From contig PS015195.1 of NCBI GenBank assembly GCA_048213135.1, positions 93,917 through 113,916 of the forward strand: a DNA stretch of 20,000 bases. The letters are read 5' to 3'. The DNA is from Reclinomonas americana ATCC 50394 (lineage: Eukaryota). Positions 1 to 10,486 of the stretch are shown here, piece by piece; positions within the stretch are counted from its first letter, which is position 1; every line of letters starts with the position of its first letter. The notes under the pieces were generated by a model, which worked only from the letters and a program-made list of their open reading frames with translations, ran no database searches and had not been told where the DNA came from. The position numbers and the translations under genes were made by a program.

Positions 1-425
1 CCTCAAGTTCTTGCTCTTTGTGGCACAACTCGTGATACGCTGTCCCCTGCTGGCACGGGTGTGATGGCTCTCGTGTCCTCAAGTTCATGCTCTTTGTGAC
101 ACAACTCATGGTGCACCGTCCCCTGCTCCCTCTGCTGGTGCCGCTGTGATGCCTCTCGTACCCTGCAGTTCTTGTTCTTCGCGGCGCAGCTCGTTGCGCA
201 CTGTCCCCTGCTCCCTCTACTGGTACCGCTGTGATGCCTCTCGTACCCTGCAGTTCTTGTTTTTCGCGACACAGCTCATGGTGTACCGTCCCCTGCTCCC
301 TCTGCTTGTTCTGCTGTGATGCCTCTCATGCCCTCAAGTTCTTGCTCTTTGTGACACAACTCGTGATGCACTGTCGTGCCTGCTACCGTTGATGCGATGC
401 CTCTCGCGACTTGAAGTTCTTGTCA
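1..425. repeat. Degenerate ~85-bp tandem minisatellite, about 5 copies, probably intronic
   Basis: Units start at 1, 77, 162, 247, 332 and ~411 (cctcaagttctt/cctgcagttctt...cccctgctccctct...gtgatgcctctcgtac). The 85-bp period is not a multiple of 3. Confidence 0.85.
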
Positions 426-607
426 CTGCTTTGCGCTTCCCTCTGCTGGCACTGTGGCGGCTCGCCTTGCTCTGCTCTTGCATCATCTAGCACCCTTTCT
501 CTCTCCTCGTCCCCGTTGTTTCTTCCCTCCTCTCGTGTCTTGCTCTTCCTGTCCCGTGCGCTTTCCTCCTCCTCCTCACCTGTATCTCTGTTCTCGCCTC
601 GATGCAG

Positions 608-721
608 CTCGCTGGACTCACGCAGGCCAGCAGCAGCGACTACGGAACTATGACCGCCGCCGGCTACGGTGCTCTGCAGCTGCCGACCTCGTCGGTGAAC
701 AGCTGGACCGGCAATTGCTGA
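608..721 (+). CDS. Possible terminal exon of an upstream gene (LAGLTQASSSDYGTMTAAGYGALQLPTSSVNSWTGNC*)
   Basis: Follows a long pyrimidine tract ending tgcag (607), has GC3-rich codons, and ends at TGA 719-721. Frame is uncertain and no homology was recognised. Confidence 0.35.
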   Translation, partial: LAGLTQASSSDYGTMTAAGYGALQLPTSSVNSWTGNC

Positions 722-885
722 TGGATGCCACTGAGTGTTGCCTCTACCCGCCCCCCCTCGCTCCCCTCAATCCCCTTCCCCTCTCCGAATGCGTTTGGCA
801 CAATGAAGCATCAGCGCCGGGAGAGTTTTGTACGCAGTGTCCCACAAGCAGCTCTTGTTTTCTTATTCGTCACCGAGCACACATC

Positions 886-1756
886 ATGTCTGGCATTCCC
901 GCTCTGATTGACCCTGTGGGCCCGTAGTTGCGCTTGAGTGCTTCTTGTGTGCCTCACGCACACGCATGCGCTCAGAGAGTGTGTGTGAGAAGAAACACTT
1001 GATTAAGAATACGTGTCCGCGGAAGGCGAATAAAGAGAGAGAGAGAGAGAGAGAGAAGGAGGAACGGAGAGAGAGAGAGTGTGTGTGCGTGTGTATATGA
1101 GAGTCAGCGCATTTGTCAATGCGGTCAAACTCATTTCGTTCGGACACCTCGCTCTGTGCAGTGGTGGTCACTACGTGGCGACCGCCGGCACCATGTTGGG
1201 CCTTGACAACACTGTCATGTCGCAGTCGAACGTGAGTACACAGCACTCCCTGCTTTCGCTTGTTTGCGTGTACGTGTCACATTCTCTTACTTACCTCTGA
1301 TGAGGTGTTCCTTCTCTTGCTCTCTCTTTCTCTCTCTCGCTCGCTCTCCGCCTTCGCTTGTTTGCGTGTTCATGTTGACTTCCCTTGCAATTGCTCGTGT
1401 TCTCTCACATTCTCCGCCTTTCCCTGTCCTCGTGCTTCATGAGGTTTTCCTTCATTGTTCTCTCTCGCCTTCCCTTGCTAATGTTTCATGTCGCCTGCTT
1501 GCGCTTCCACTCGTGCCTTCTCTTGTTCATGTTCCGTTCTCCGGCTCGTGGTTGCTTCCTCCATTCTTTCTCCACCTTCACCTGACCTTGCCTGGTCCCC
1601 ACTCTCTTTTACCCATCTCATTCTCACCTATCGCCACCCCACCAGATCTACAACCCGGCCTACCAGCAGATGACGCTGTCGTCGGTGCAGAACCTGTCGA
1701 CTGGCTACGTCAACTTCCTGAAGGAGGGCGCCGCCGACGAAGCCGCCGGCTACTAA
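886..1756 (+). CDS. Small 3-exon hypothetical protein (~73 aa)
   Basis: Exons 886-926 (or 886-923), 1162-1231 and 1646-1756, joined by GT-AG introns with consistent phases. Protein: MSGIPALIDPVGP(Y)GGHYVATAGTMLGLDNTVMSQSNIYNPAYQQMTLSSVQNLSTGYVNFLKEGAADEAAGY*. Codons are coding-like amid CT/GA-rich introns. Confidence 0.6.
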
Positions 1757-1909
1757 GCGCATTCTAACACCTGAGCGGCTGTGTGTACAAGCCGCATTCT
1801 TGCCTCTCTCCCTACTCCCTTGTTCTCTCGCGCACTGGCGCGTTGAGTGAAGAGCGAGCTTGTCTGTCCCCTCCTCCATTTGCGCCTCTCGTTTCACTAC
1901 ACCCGCCCA

Positions 1910-2772
1910 TCAGCGAAACAGGGAGGAGAAAAAGTCGGCCACGGGGTTGGCGTTGGGCGGTGGTGGCCGTCCGCCCTGCAGCTGCTGCTGCTCTACACCC
2001 TCCGCCAACATGTCCAACATGTGCGGCGGCAGCAGCTCCAGATCGTCCGGGTGCACGCCGGCCAGCGCATTGTGCGTAAAGAGCGAGTTGTCGATCACTG
2101 TCAGGATGCCACCTGCACACCGCCACCACCACAACAGCACAAATGAGAGACCAGAGCTTCTCTACGAGCGATTCGCCGCCACGCGCTCACCTTCTTGATG
2201 AACGACCTTGTAGACATTGTACTGCGGCGACTCGGCCAGCTCATTGACGAGCGACTGACAGTTTTGCGCGGCATCCTCCAGCGCATCAATCTCACACAGC
2301 TCAACCAGCAGGCGGTCGGTCATCGCGGCCACCTGTCGATCACCAGTCAGCGTACAAAGATCCATGACCCGTCTCCTTGCTATTGCCTCACCTCCGGCAT
2401 CTTCCAGAACTCCTCTTGCCGCTGCAGCGCCACATCCATTAACCGCTCGACCACCAGCGGCAGCACCACGGCCGACTCGCTCTCCCCAACCATGTTTGTC
2501 TCCTCGGCAAAGATCGACACGCGCTCCTTGGTGGCAGGTCGCAACAGCGACTCGCGATGCAGGAAGCGCGCCACCCACAGCAGCAGCGGCGGCAAATCAC
2601 GCACAGCCGTCGTCAGCCTCGTGCGGAACTTGGCCTCGTCGCCCGCCACGGCCGCGCCCACCGCACAGGCCAGTGAGAGCGACGGAATCGGAGGCAGGTT
2701 GCGGGCCCGTCGGTAGGCGTCAATGTCCTCCAGCGCGCTCAAGTGGCCAGATTTGAGGCAGGCAAAGTCGAG
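1910..2772 (-). CDS. TCF25: TCF25/Rqc1 ribosome quality control protein, C-terminal exons
   Basis: Exons 2772-2392 (LDFACLKS...FWKMPE), 2332-2191 and 2112-1910 (...NPVADFFSSLFR*). Continues the LLT|LDFACL motif (cf. human LLLIDHLALR). The C-terminal FFSSL resembles FFRSL. Confidence 0.8.
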
Positions 2773-3014
2773 CTGCGCAGGGAGGGCCAGGAGAAGGGTG
2801 AGAAGACAAGAGAAAGAGAGAGAGAAGGGCAGCGCCGGCAGCTGGAGGCACACGATAATACAAGTGAATGAAGCACAAAGGGGACACAGAATAAGAGCAG
2901 CGAGAGGCGAGTAACATGGAGAAAGAGCGAGTGAACTACTGGGTCGACGGCGAGTTAGTGAAGCAGGACGGATGAGGGAGAAGGTAAGAGGAGGTCACAG
3001 TATGGTAAGGAGTG

Positions 3015-3116
3015 AGTTGGAGAAAGAAGGAAAGAAGGAAGGAAGGAAGGAAGGAAGGAAGAAGGAAAGAAGGAAGGAAGGAAGGAAGGAAGAAAGGAAG
3101 GAAAGAAAGAAAGAAA
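3015..3116. repeat. (GGAA)n/(GAAA)n microsatellite at a contig end
   Basis: Seen directly. It is complementary to the (TTTC)n tract at 4280-4365. Confidence 0.9.
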
Positions 3117-3802
3117 NNNNNNNNNNNNNNNNNNNNNNNNNNNNNNNNNNNNNNNNNNNNNNNNNNNNNNNNNNNNNNNNNNNNNNNNNNNNNNNNNNNN
3201 NNNNNNNNNNNNNNNNNNNNNNNNNNNNNNNNNNNNNNNNNNNNNNNNNNNNNNNNNNNNNNNNNNNNNNNNNNNNNNNNNNNNNNNNNNNNNNNNNNNN
3301 NNNNNNNNNNNNNNNNNNNNNNNNNNNNNNNNNNNNNNNNNNNNNNNNNNNNNNNNNNNNNNNNNNNNNNNNNNNNNNNNNNNNNNNNNNNNNNNNNNNN
3401 NNNNNNNNNNNNNNNNNNNNNNNNNNNNNNNNNNNNNNNNNNNNNNNNNNNNNNNNNNNNNNNNNNNNNNNNNNNNNNNNNNNNNNNNNNNNNNNNNNNN
3501 NNNNNNNNNNNNNNNNNNNNNNNNNNNNNNNNNNNNNNNNNNNNNNNNNNNNNNNNNNNNNNNNNNNNNNNNNNNNNNNNNNNNNNNNNNNNNNNNNNNN
3601 NNNNNNNNNNNNNNNNNNNNNNNNNNNNNNNNNNNNNNNNNNNNNNNNNNNNNNNNNNNNNNNNNNNNNNNNNNNNNNNNNNNNNNNNNNNNNNNNNNNN
3701 NNNNNNNNNNNNNNNNNNNNNNNNNNNNNNNNNNNNNNNNNNNNNNNNNNNNNNNNNNNNNNNNNNNNNNNNNNNNNNNNNNNNNNNNNNNNNNNNNNNN
3801 NN

Positions 3803-4139
3803 CCGCATGGCCAACGACTTGATATCTGCCGGTGATGTGGTTGCGCGAGTTCTCTACGCTGTGGAAGAGTTGCGTGCGGTGGTCGAGGGAAAAAAGGTGC
3901 GAGAATAAGTGAGTGATTGACGGAAATGCGTGGCGCGCAGGTGTGCCCACGTGCGCTTCCGCTGGAACGGCGCGTGTCGCATCGATCCGTCGGTGCCGGA
4001 GAACAGGACACTCTTCCGCGCTCTCAGCTTGCACATGCAGCTGTTGGGTCGACGAGGGTGCCACAGGACGGCGGCGGAGGTCGGCAAGGTGTTGTTCAGC
4101 CTGTGGCCGAGTCGCGACACGACGGGCATCTTGCTGACG
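3803..4139 (+). CDS. TCF25: TCF25 central exons on an inverted contig
   Basis: Exons 3803-3868 and 3941-4139 encode RMANDLISAGDVVARVLYAVEE-CAHVRFRWNGACRIDPSVPENRTLFRALSLHMQLLGRRGCHRTAAEVGKVLFSLWPSRDTTGILLT. This matches the TCF25 core (GACRLDYRRPENR...KRGCPRTALE). Confidence 0.85.
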
Positions 4140-4177
4140 GTGAGCACCCTGCTCGAGAAGGGTTTTATGTCGCTGGT

Positions 4178-4316
4178 CACACACACATACACACACACAC
4201 ACACTCACTCACTCATCACTCACTCACTCACTCACTCACTCACTCACTCACTTACTCACTCTTTCTCTCCCTCCTTCCCTCTTTCTTTCTTTCTTTCTTT
4301 CTTTCTTTCATTTCAT

Positions 4317-4365
<49 letters not shown>
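4178..4365. repeat. (CA)n, (CACT)n and (TTTC)n microsatellites, intronic
   Basis: Seen directly. Confidence 0.9.
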
Positions 4366-4557
4366 NNNNNNNNNNNNNNNNNNNNNNNNNNNNNNNNNNN
4401 NNNNNNNNNNNNNNNNNNNNNNNNNNNNNNNNNNNNNNNNNNNNNNNNNNNNNNNNNNNNNNNNNNNNNNNNNNNNNNNNNNNNNNNNNNNNNNNNNNNN
4501 NNNNNNNNNNNNNNNNNNNNNNNNNNNNNNNNNNNNNNNNNNNNNCGTGCTGCGCAG

Positions 4558-4877
4558 GCGGCCGCGGAAAGCGAGGCGGCGGGTGGTGGTCGACGAGGCG
4601 GTGGTTCTTCGTCGCGCGGCTTCCGTCACCGTGCGGGAAGCCTCGTCGCCGCGCCGGGTGCCGACTGGCCGCCGGTCACAGGCGTCGGTCTCGGCATGCA
4701 GGAGTCGATGGGAGCAGATGGACGACCGGTGTACGCACTGACGCACACCGCCGACTACCAACGACAGACTCGCCGCCTGCAAATGTGTTTGGCCCGCCAC
4801 GATCCGGAAATGGTGGGCGTTCTGTTCCGCGAGAATCCCTACCACCTGGAGACTCTCATGCAGCTGGCGGAGATGGA
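4558..4877 (+). CDS. TCF25: TCF25 internal exon (5' part) on an inverted contig
   Basis: Acceptor gcgcag at 4557. Encodes ...DWPPVTGVGLGM...HTADYQ...HDPEMVGVLFRENPYHLETLMQLAEM, which contains the TCF25 WP..GLSM and PYHxxxLxQL motifs. Confidence 0.85.
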
Positions 4878-5265
4878 NNNNNNNNNNNNNNNNNNNNNNN
4901 NNNNNNNNNNNNNNNNNNNNNNNNNNNNNNNNNNNNNNNNNNNNNNNNNNNNNNNNNNNNNNNNNNNNNNNNNNNNNNNNNNNNNNNNNNNNNNNNNNNN
5001 NNNNNNNNNNNNNNNNNNNNNNNNNNNNNNNNNNNNNNNNNNNNNNNNNNNNNNNNNNNNNNNNNNNNNNNNNNNNNNNNNNNNNNNNNNNNNNNNNNNN
5101 NNNNNNNNNNNNNNNNNNNNNNNNNNNNNNNNNNNNNNNNNNNNNNNNNNNNNNNNNNNNNNNNNNNNNNNNNNNNNNNNNNNNNNNNNNNNNNNNNNNN
5201 NNNNNNNNNAGGTTTGGTGTGAGGGTGTGCGACATACAAACATACACATTGACACATATACACAC

Positions 5266-6146
5266 CAGTGCCTTGCTGCCGAATATCCGCTTCAGCTCGC
5301 CGGAAGGATCGAGCAGCGCAGTGTTCACGGCCAGCAGTGCATCGACCGCGTCGTAAAACTCCCCGCTTCCCGCAGAGGACGCCGCGGAGGGCGCTGATGC
5401 CGATCCACTGGCACCCTCGCTCACCGCCAGTTTGGCCATCTCTCTGTTGGGAGGGGGTGAGGGCATGAAGGGAGAAGGGAGAAGGCGAAGGGAGGGGAGA
5501 GTGCAGAAGGGTGAAGGAAGGAAGGGAGATAGCGAGTGTAGTGACAGAGAGACGTGCAAGACCAAGATCCACGCGCTGCACAACGACAACTCAACTCCAA
5601 GAACGCTTCATCCTCATCGATCGGTTCACCGTCAGCCGTCGCAGTGGGCAACGGCGGCGGCGGCGCCGCCGCTGCCTTCTTTACCTTGCCCTTGCCCTTG
5701 TTCTTGTTCTTCTTCTTTTTGCTGCTGCTCTTCTGCTGCGTCGTTGCTCTCGTTGGCGCTGGTTGTTGCTGCACAGGCTCCCGACGCAACGCATCGGCCA
5801 CCGGCATATCATCATCATCGTCGTCATCGTCCTCTTCCTCTTCCTCACGCCGCTGCATCTCACCATCAGAGCCGCAAATAGTCGCCAATCACAATGCATG
5901 CACACACACCTGACCAAATCGCACCACGCGAATCACCTCTTCCCCCTCGTCATCATCATCATCATCATCGCTGCCAGCAGCCGCGCGTCTCACAGGCGGC
6001 GGACGCATCACACGCATTCCCATGTCATCATCATCTTCATCATCATCATCATCACCAGCTGCGCGCTTGCTCTTGGCCTTGCTCATGGCCAGAGACAGCG
6101 CAGGATCATCCTCGCCACGGAGCTTCCTCAGTGCGCGACGCGACAT
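5266..6146 (-). CDS. TCF25: TCF25/Rqc1 N-terminal exons
   Basis: Starts MSRRALRKLRGE (human TCF25 starts MSRRALRRLRGE). Exons 6146-5910 (or -5937), 5852-5596 (poly-acidic, KKKKNKNKGK) and 5443-5266 ending LDPSGELKRIFGSKAL (cf. LNPDTELKRYFG). Confidence 0.88.
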
Positions 6147-6508
6147 CGTGAAAGTGGACAATGCGCGAGACAGACGAGGCTCGCGGGGACTGAACTGGCG
6201 AACAAGGCAAACCCCGGGCGTGGAGGCAGTGCGGAAGGACATCATCACGACGTCGAATGAGCGACGTTGTCTGTCTCAACGCGGAAGCACCCACGTTTGC
6301 AGCTGCATTTCGGAGTGGACAATACCGGTTCTCGAGCCGCGTTCGTTGGCGCAAAGAGAGAGAGAGAGAGCGCTGTCAGTGTTGCAAACACTGCATTCGC
6401 TTGCTAACAGAGTGCTTGCTGAAGTCCCCTGGGTTTGCCTACCATCAAAGTGGACAGTGGCTCGCGCTGCCTTCCAAATCAGGCAATTTTGTGTCGATTG
6501 AGAACGCG
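6147..6508. promoter_or_regulatory. Putative bidirectional promoter between TCF25 and the CDK
   Basis: 362 bp between head-to-head ATGs. Inferred from position only. Confidence 0.45.
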
Positions 6509-8774
6509 ATGGCAGTGCGACATGCGGATGCCGGCGGTCGCGCCTCCAAGTTCCTCAAGACGGAGAAGATTGGTGAGGGCACCTATGGTGTGGTGTACAA
6601 GGCAAGAAATGAGGTGCGTGCTTGTTTGTGATCGCACACTCGGGACACGCACGCGCTCACCTTGTTTGTGTGTGTGCTCTTTGTCTCTCTCTCTCTGTGC
6701 TGATAGGAGACTGGTGAGTACGCGGCACTAAAGCGCATTCGACTGGAGTCCGAAGAAGAAGGTTTGCCGAGGCACTTTGGTCGACTGCCTTTTCACTCTC
6801 TCTCTCACACACTCTCTCTTCCTCTCACACACACTCTCTCCCTATCTAATAGGTGTACCATGCACGGCCATTCGAGAGATTGCTCTGTTGCGCGAATTGA
6901 AGCACCCGAACATTGTGCGGTGCGTGCCACCATCGACATTGGTTGTCTCTCTGTCTCTTGTGTTGTCTCTGACACTCTCTCTGTGTGTGCCTCTGTGTGT
7001 GCGCAGGTTGCATGATGTGATTCACACGGACAAGAAGTTGACACTGGTGTTCGAGTTCCTCGACTATGATCTGAAAAAATTCTTGGATATGCACGAGGGC
7101 GACTTGCCACCACACATTATCAAGGTGTGTGTGAGAGAGAGAAGGGTCCTCTCTGTCTTCTGCTGCTGACATTTGCGTNNNNNNNNNNNNNNNNNNNNAG
7201 GGAGGGGGTGAGGGAGGGAGGGAAGGGGGGAGGGTGAGGGAGGGAGGGAGGGGGGAGGGAGGGAGGGAGGGACGGGGAGCGAGAGAGGGAGAGGGAGCGC
7301 GCGCATGCGAGATTGTTAGCGACTAGGGAGGCGCACAAGCAGGGAAGCAGTGATGTGGCAAGTGAAGAGTGCGGGGGTGGGTGTGGTAGAAACAGCGAAG
7401 CGGCACCGGTGGAAGGTGGAGAGCGTGTATGATGCACGAGGGTGTTTGCGTGTGAGAATGAGAAGGACGACTGGCGACGAGGGAGAAAAAGAGAAGAAAT
7501 GCGGAAAGCAGGGAGAGTGATGCGAGAAAGAGTGGCCGAAAGCAACTCTGAGAGACGGAGAGACACAGCAAGCTGAACTGATGCTTTGACGAGAAGACAG
7601 TAGCGTTGTGTCGCTGTCTCTCGTGTCGCTGTCTCTCTCGTTGCTGTCGCTCTGTATCTCTGTCGCTCTCGTCGCTGTCGCTCTCCCTCGCTGTCGCTCT
7701 CCCTCGCTGTCGCTCTCCCTCGCTGTCGCTCTCCCTCGCTGTCGCTCTCCCTCGCTGTCGCTCTCCCTCGCTGTCGCTCTCGTCGCTGTCGCTCTCGTCG
7801 CTGTCGCTCTCGTCGCTGTCACTCTCGTCGCTGTCGCTCTCGTCGCTGTCGCTCTCCTCGCCGTCGCTCTCCTCGCCGTCGCTCTCCTCGCCGTCGCTCT
7901 CCTCGCTGTCGCTCTGTGTCGCTGTCGCTCTCGTCGCTCTTGTCGCTGTCGCTGTTGCTCTTGTCGCTGTCGTGTGTCGCTGTCACTGTGTAGTTGTTAT
8001 TCTGTCGCTGTGTCTCTCCCCCAATCGCTCATGATGCCTCCTTTCCCTCGCGCGCTCTAATCTCTCCTCCCCTCTCCCTCGCGCAGCAAACGATGGAACT
8101 CAAACTGGCCGACTTTGGTCTCGCCCGTGCGTTTGGCATTCCCGTGCGCAAGTACACACATGAAGTTGAGTCGTCGTCGACAATGTTTGATATCATTTGT
8201 CACTCACCGCGCGCTGCAGGTCGTCACGTTGTGGTATCGACCACCGGATGTGCTTCTCGGCTCACAAAAGTACGGCACTCCTGTTGGTGAGTCGAGCGGG
8301 CATGATTTGGTGCCTCATCTCTGTCAAAGAGCTCGTGGGTGTTGCCAACTTGCAGATAGCACGTCCTAGTTATTTCTCTCTCTCTCTCTCTTAATCTCTC
8401 TCCTTTCTCCCTTTCTCACTCTCTCCTCTCCCTCCCCAGATGTCTGGTCCATTGGCTGCATCTTTGCGGAAATGATAACAGGCCGGCCGCTCTTCGCGGG
8501 CAAGACGGAGATGGATCAGCTTTTGCGCATTTTCAAGTTTCGTTGCTGCTCCCCCCACTGTATTCCCTCTCTCCATCACTCACGCACCCGCTGTGCAGGA
8601 TTCTCGGCACCCCCACGGAAGAAGTGTGGCCATCCATGCCCGAGATGCCACACTACCAGTCGCTATGCGGTCTGCCCGAATTCCAAGAAGTGTACCCACC
8701 GCAACCACTTGAGCGCTACGTGACGCGGCTGGAGGGCGACCCGAATGGACTCGATCTGTTGACGGTGTGTGGGG

Positions 8775-8850
<76 letters not shown>

Positions 8851-8939
8851 TAGTAGTAGTAGTAGTGGTGTGTAGTAGTAGTAGAGAGTAGAGAGAGAGA
8901 GAGAGAGAGAAGAACGAACGAACGAACGAACGAACGAAC

Positions 8940-8979
<40 letters not shown>

Positions 8980-9618
8980 ACGAACGANNNNNNNNNNNNN
9001 NNNNNNNNNNNNNNNNNNNNNNNNNNNNNNNNNNNNNNNNNNNNNNNNNNNNNNNNNNNNNNNNNNNNNNNNNNNNNNNNNNNNNNNNNNNNNNNNNNNN
9101 NNNNNNNNNNNNNNNNNNNNNNNNNNNNNNNNNNNNNNNNNNNNNNNNNNNNNNNNNNNNNNNNNNNNNNNNNNNNNNNNNNNNNNNNNNNNNNNNNNNN
9201 NNNNNNNNNNNNNNNNNNNNNNNNNNNNNNNNNNNNNNNNNNNNNNNNNNNNNNNNNNNNNNNNNNNNNNNNNNNNNNNNNNNNNNNNNNNNNNNNNNNN
9301 NNNNNNNNNNNNNNNNNNNNNNNNNNNNNNNNNNNNNNNNNNNNNNNNNNNNNNNNNNNNNNNNNNNNNNNNNNNNNNNNNNNNNNNNNNNNNNNNNNNN
9401 NNNNNNNNNNNNNNNNNNNNNNNNNNNNNNNNNNNNNNNNNNNNNNNNNNNNNNNNNNNNNNNNNNNNNNNNNNNNNNNNNNNNNNNNNNNNNNNNNNNN
9501 NNNNNNNNNNNNNNNNNNNNNNNNNNNNNNNNNNNNNNNNNNNNNNNNNNNNNNNNNNNNNNNNNNNNNNNNNNNNNNNNNNNNNNNNNNNNNNNNNNNN
9601 NNNNNNNNNNNNNNNNNN

Positions 9619-9688
<70 letters not shown>

Positions 9689-9730
9689 TCTCTACTACTC
9701 TCGTCGTGTTCTCTCTCTCTCTCTCTCCTC

Positions 9731-9781
<51 letters not shown>

Positions 9782-10095
9782 TTTCCTGTTTATTTTACCT
9801 GCCTTTCTTTCGCTCGCATGGGTCTTTGTTGTCGATTGTCGCTCACTCGACGGCTTCCTTCTCTCCCTTTCCTCCCCCTTCCCTCATTCCTCCCCTTCCC
9901 TCATTCCTCCCCCTTCCCCACACACAGCGCATGCTCCGATACGAACCCGCCGACCGCATCACGGCCAAGGACGCGCTGGAGCACCCGTTCTTTGATGATT
10001 TGGTGGGTGCCGGCAGCGGTGCACCGTACGTGCCGCCCGGCTCCTTCACCGTCGGAGGCGCCAGTTCATCGGCGGCGGCCGGCGGCGGTGTGTAA
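6509..10095 (+). CDS. CDK5: Cyclin-dependent kinase, CDK5-like with PCTAIRE motif (one exon missing)
   Basis: Exons 6509-6613, 6707-6761, 6853-6919, 7007-7124, [missing HRDLKPQN exon], 8087-8164, 8220-8286, 8440-8536, 8599-8764 and 9928-10095. Motifs [65 protein letters not shown] and [13 protein letters not shown]. Closely resembles Dictyostelium Cdk5/Crp as I recall it. Confidence 0.92.
7605..8012. repeat. Intronic minisatellite built from GCTGTC/GCTCTC units (15-18 bp period)
   Basis: Repeats of ctcgctgtcgctctccct and gtcgctgtcgctctc seen directly. Confidence 0.9.
8779..8987. repeat. Compound microsatellite (GA)n-(TAG)n-(GAAC)n-(GAC)n
   Basis: Seen directly at the 5' end of the last CDK intron. 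Confidence 0.9.
9619..9780. repeat. (CT)n microsatellite
   Basis: Seen directly in the 3' part of the last CDK intron. Confidence 0.9.
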
Positions 10096-10486
10096 ACTCG
10101 AGCCACTGAGTCGTGCGGATGTTTTTTTAGAGCGAGCGAATTGCGAAGGAGTTGCGAGTGCAGTGTACGGCATGTATGCAGCACACACGTGTGCGTGGGG
10201 TGGAGGGTTTCGTAAGCTACGACTGCCCGCTGATGAGAAATTGCCTTGTACGTGTTCGAATTCACTTGCGTTCGACTTCCTTTCCACCTCTCGCAAGAAT
10301 TCGACTCTGGTCGGTTATGCACGGGAGGCAGGCAACCTAGTGCACATTCCTGCCTTCCCTTTGGGCGGGAAGAGGAAGCCGACCTCGTGAACTGCACCTC
10401 GGACGGACGGTCGCGTCGAAAAACATAACCGTTTTGCAATTCAAGCATTGTGTGAGAGAAGAAGTGACGCAGTACCAACAAAAGCA

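Noticed and set aside
2936-5589. Long ORFs of 230-445 aa spanning N runs
   Set aside because: Artefacts of translating N gaps and microsatellites. The same applies to the long ORFs in 14836-17574.
7199-7600. Missing CDK exon hidden in inverted orientation
   Set aside because: None of the three minus-strand translations contains HRDLK-like sequence, and this contig carries downstream CDK exons in the correct orientation.
7316-8060. ORFs such as [14 protein letters not shown] and RATATRAT repeats
   Set aside because: Translations of an intronic minisatellite inside the CDK gene.
8165-8219. Non-canonical TT...GG intron boundaries as an alternative reading of the GTT donors
   Set aside because: A GT-AG parse works at every site and all acceptors are normal AG, so a shifted cut would need several different 3' dinucleotides. 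It cannot be fully excluded without cDNA.
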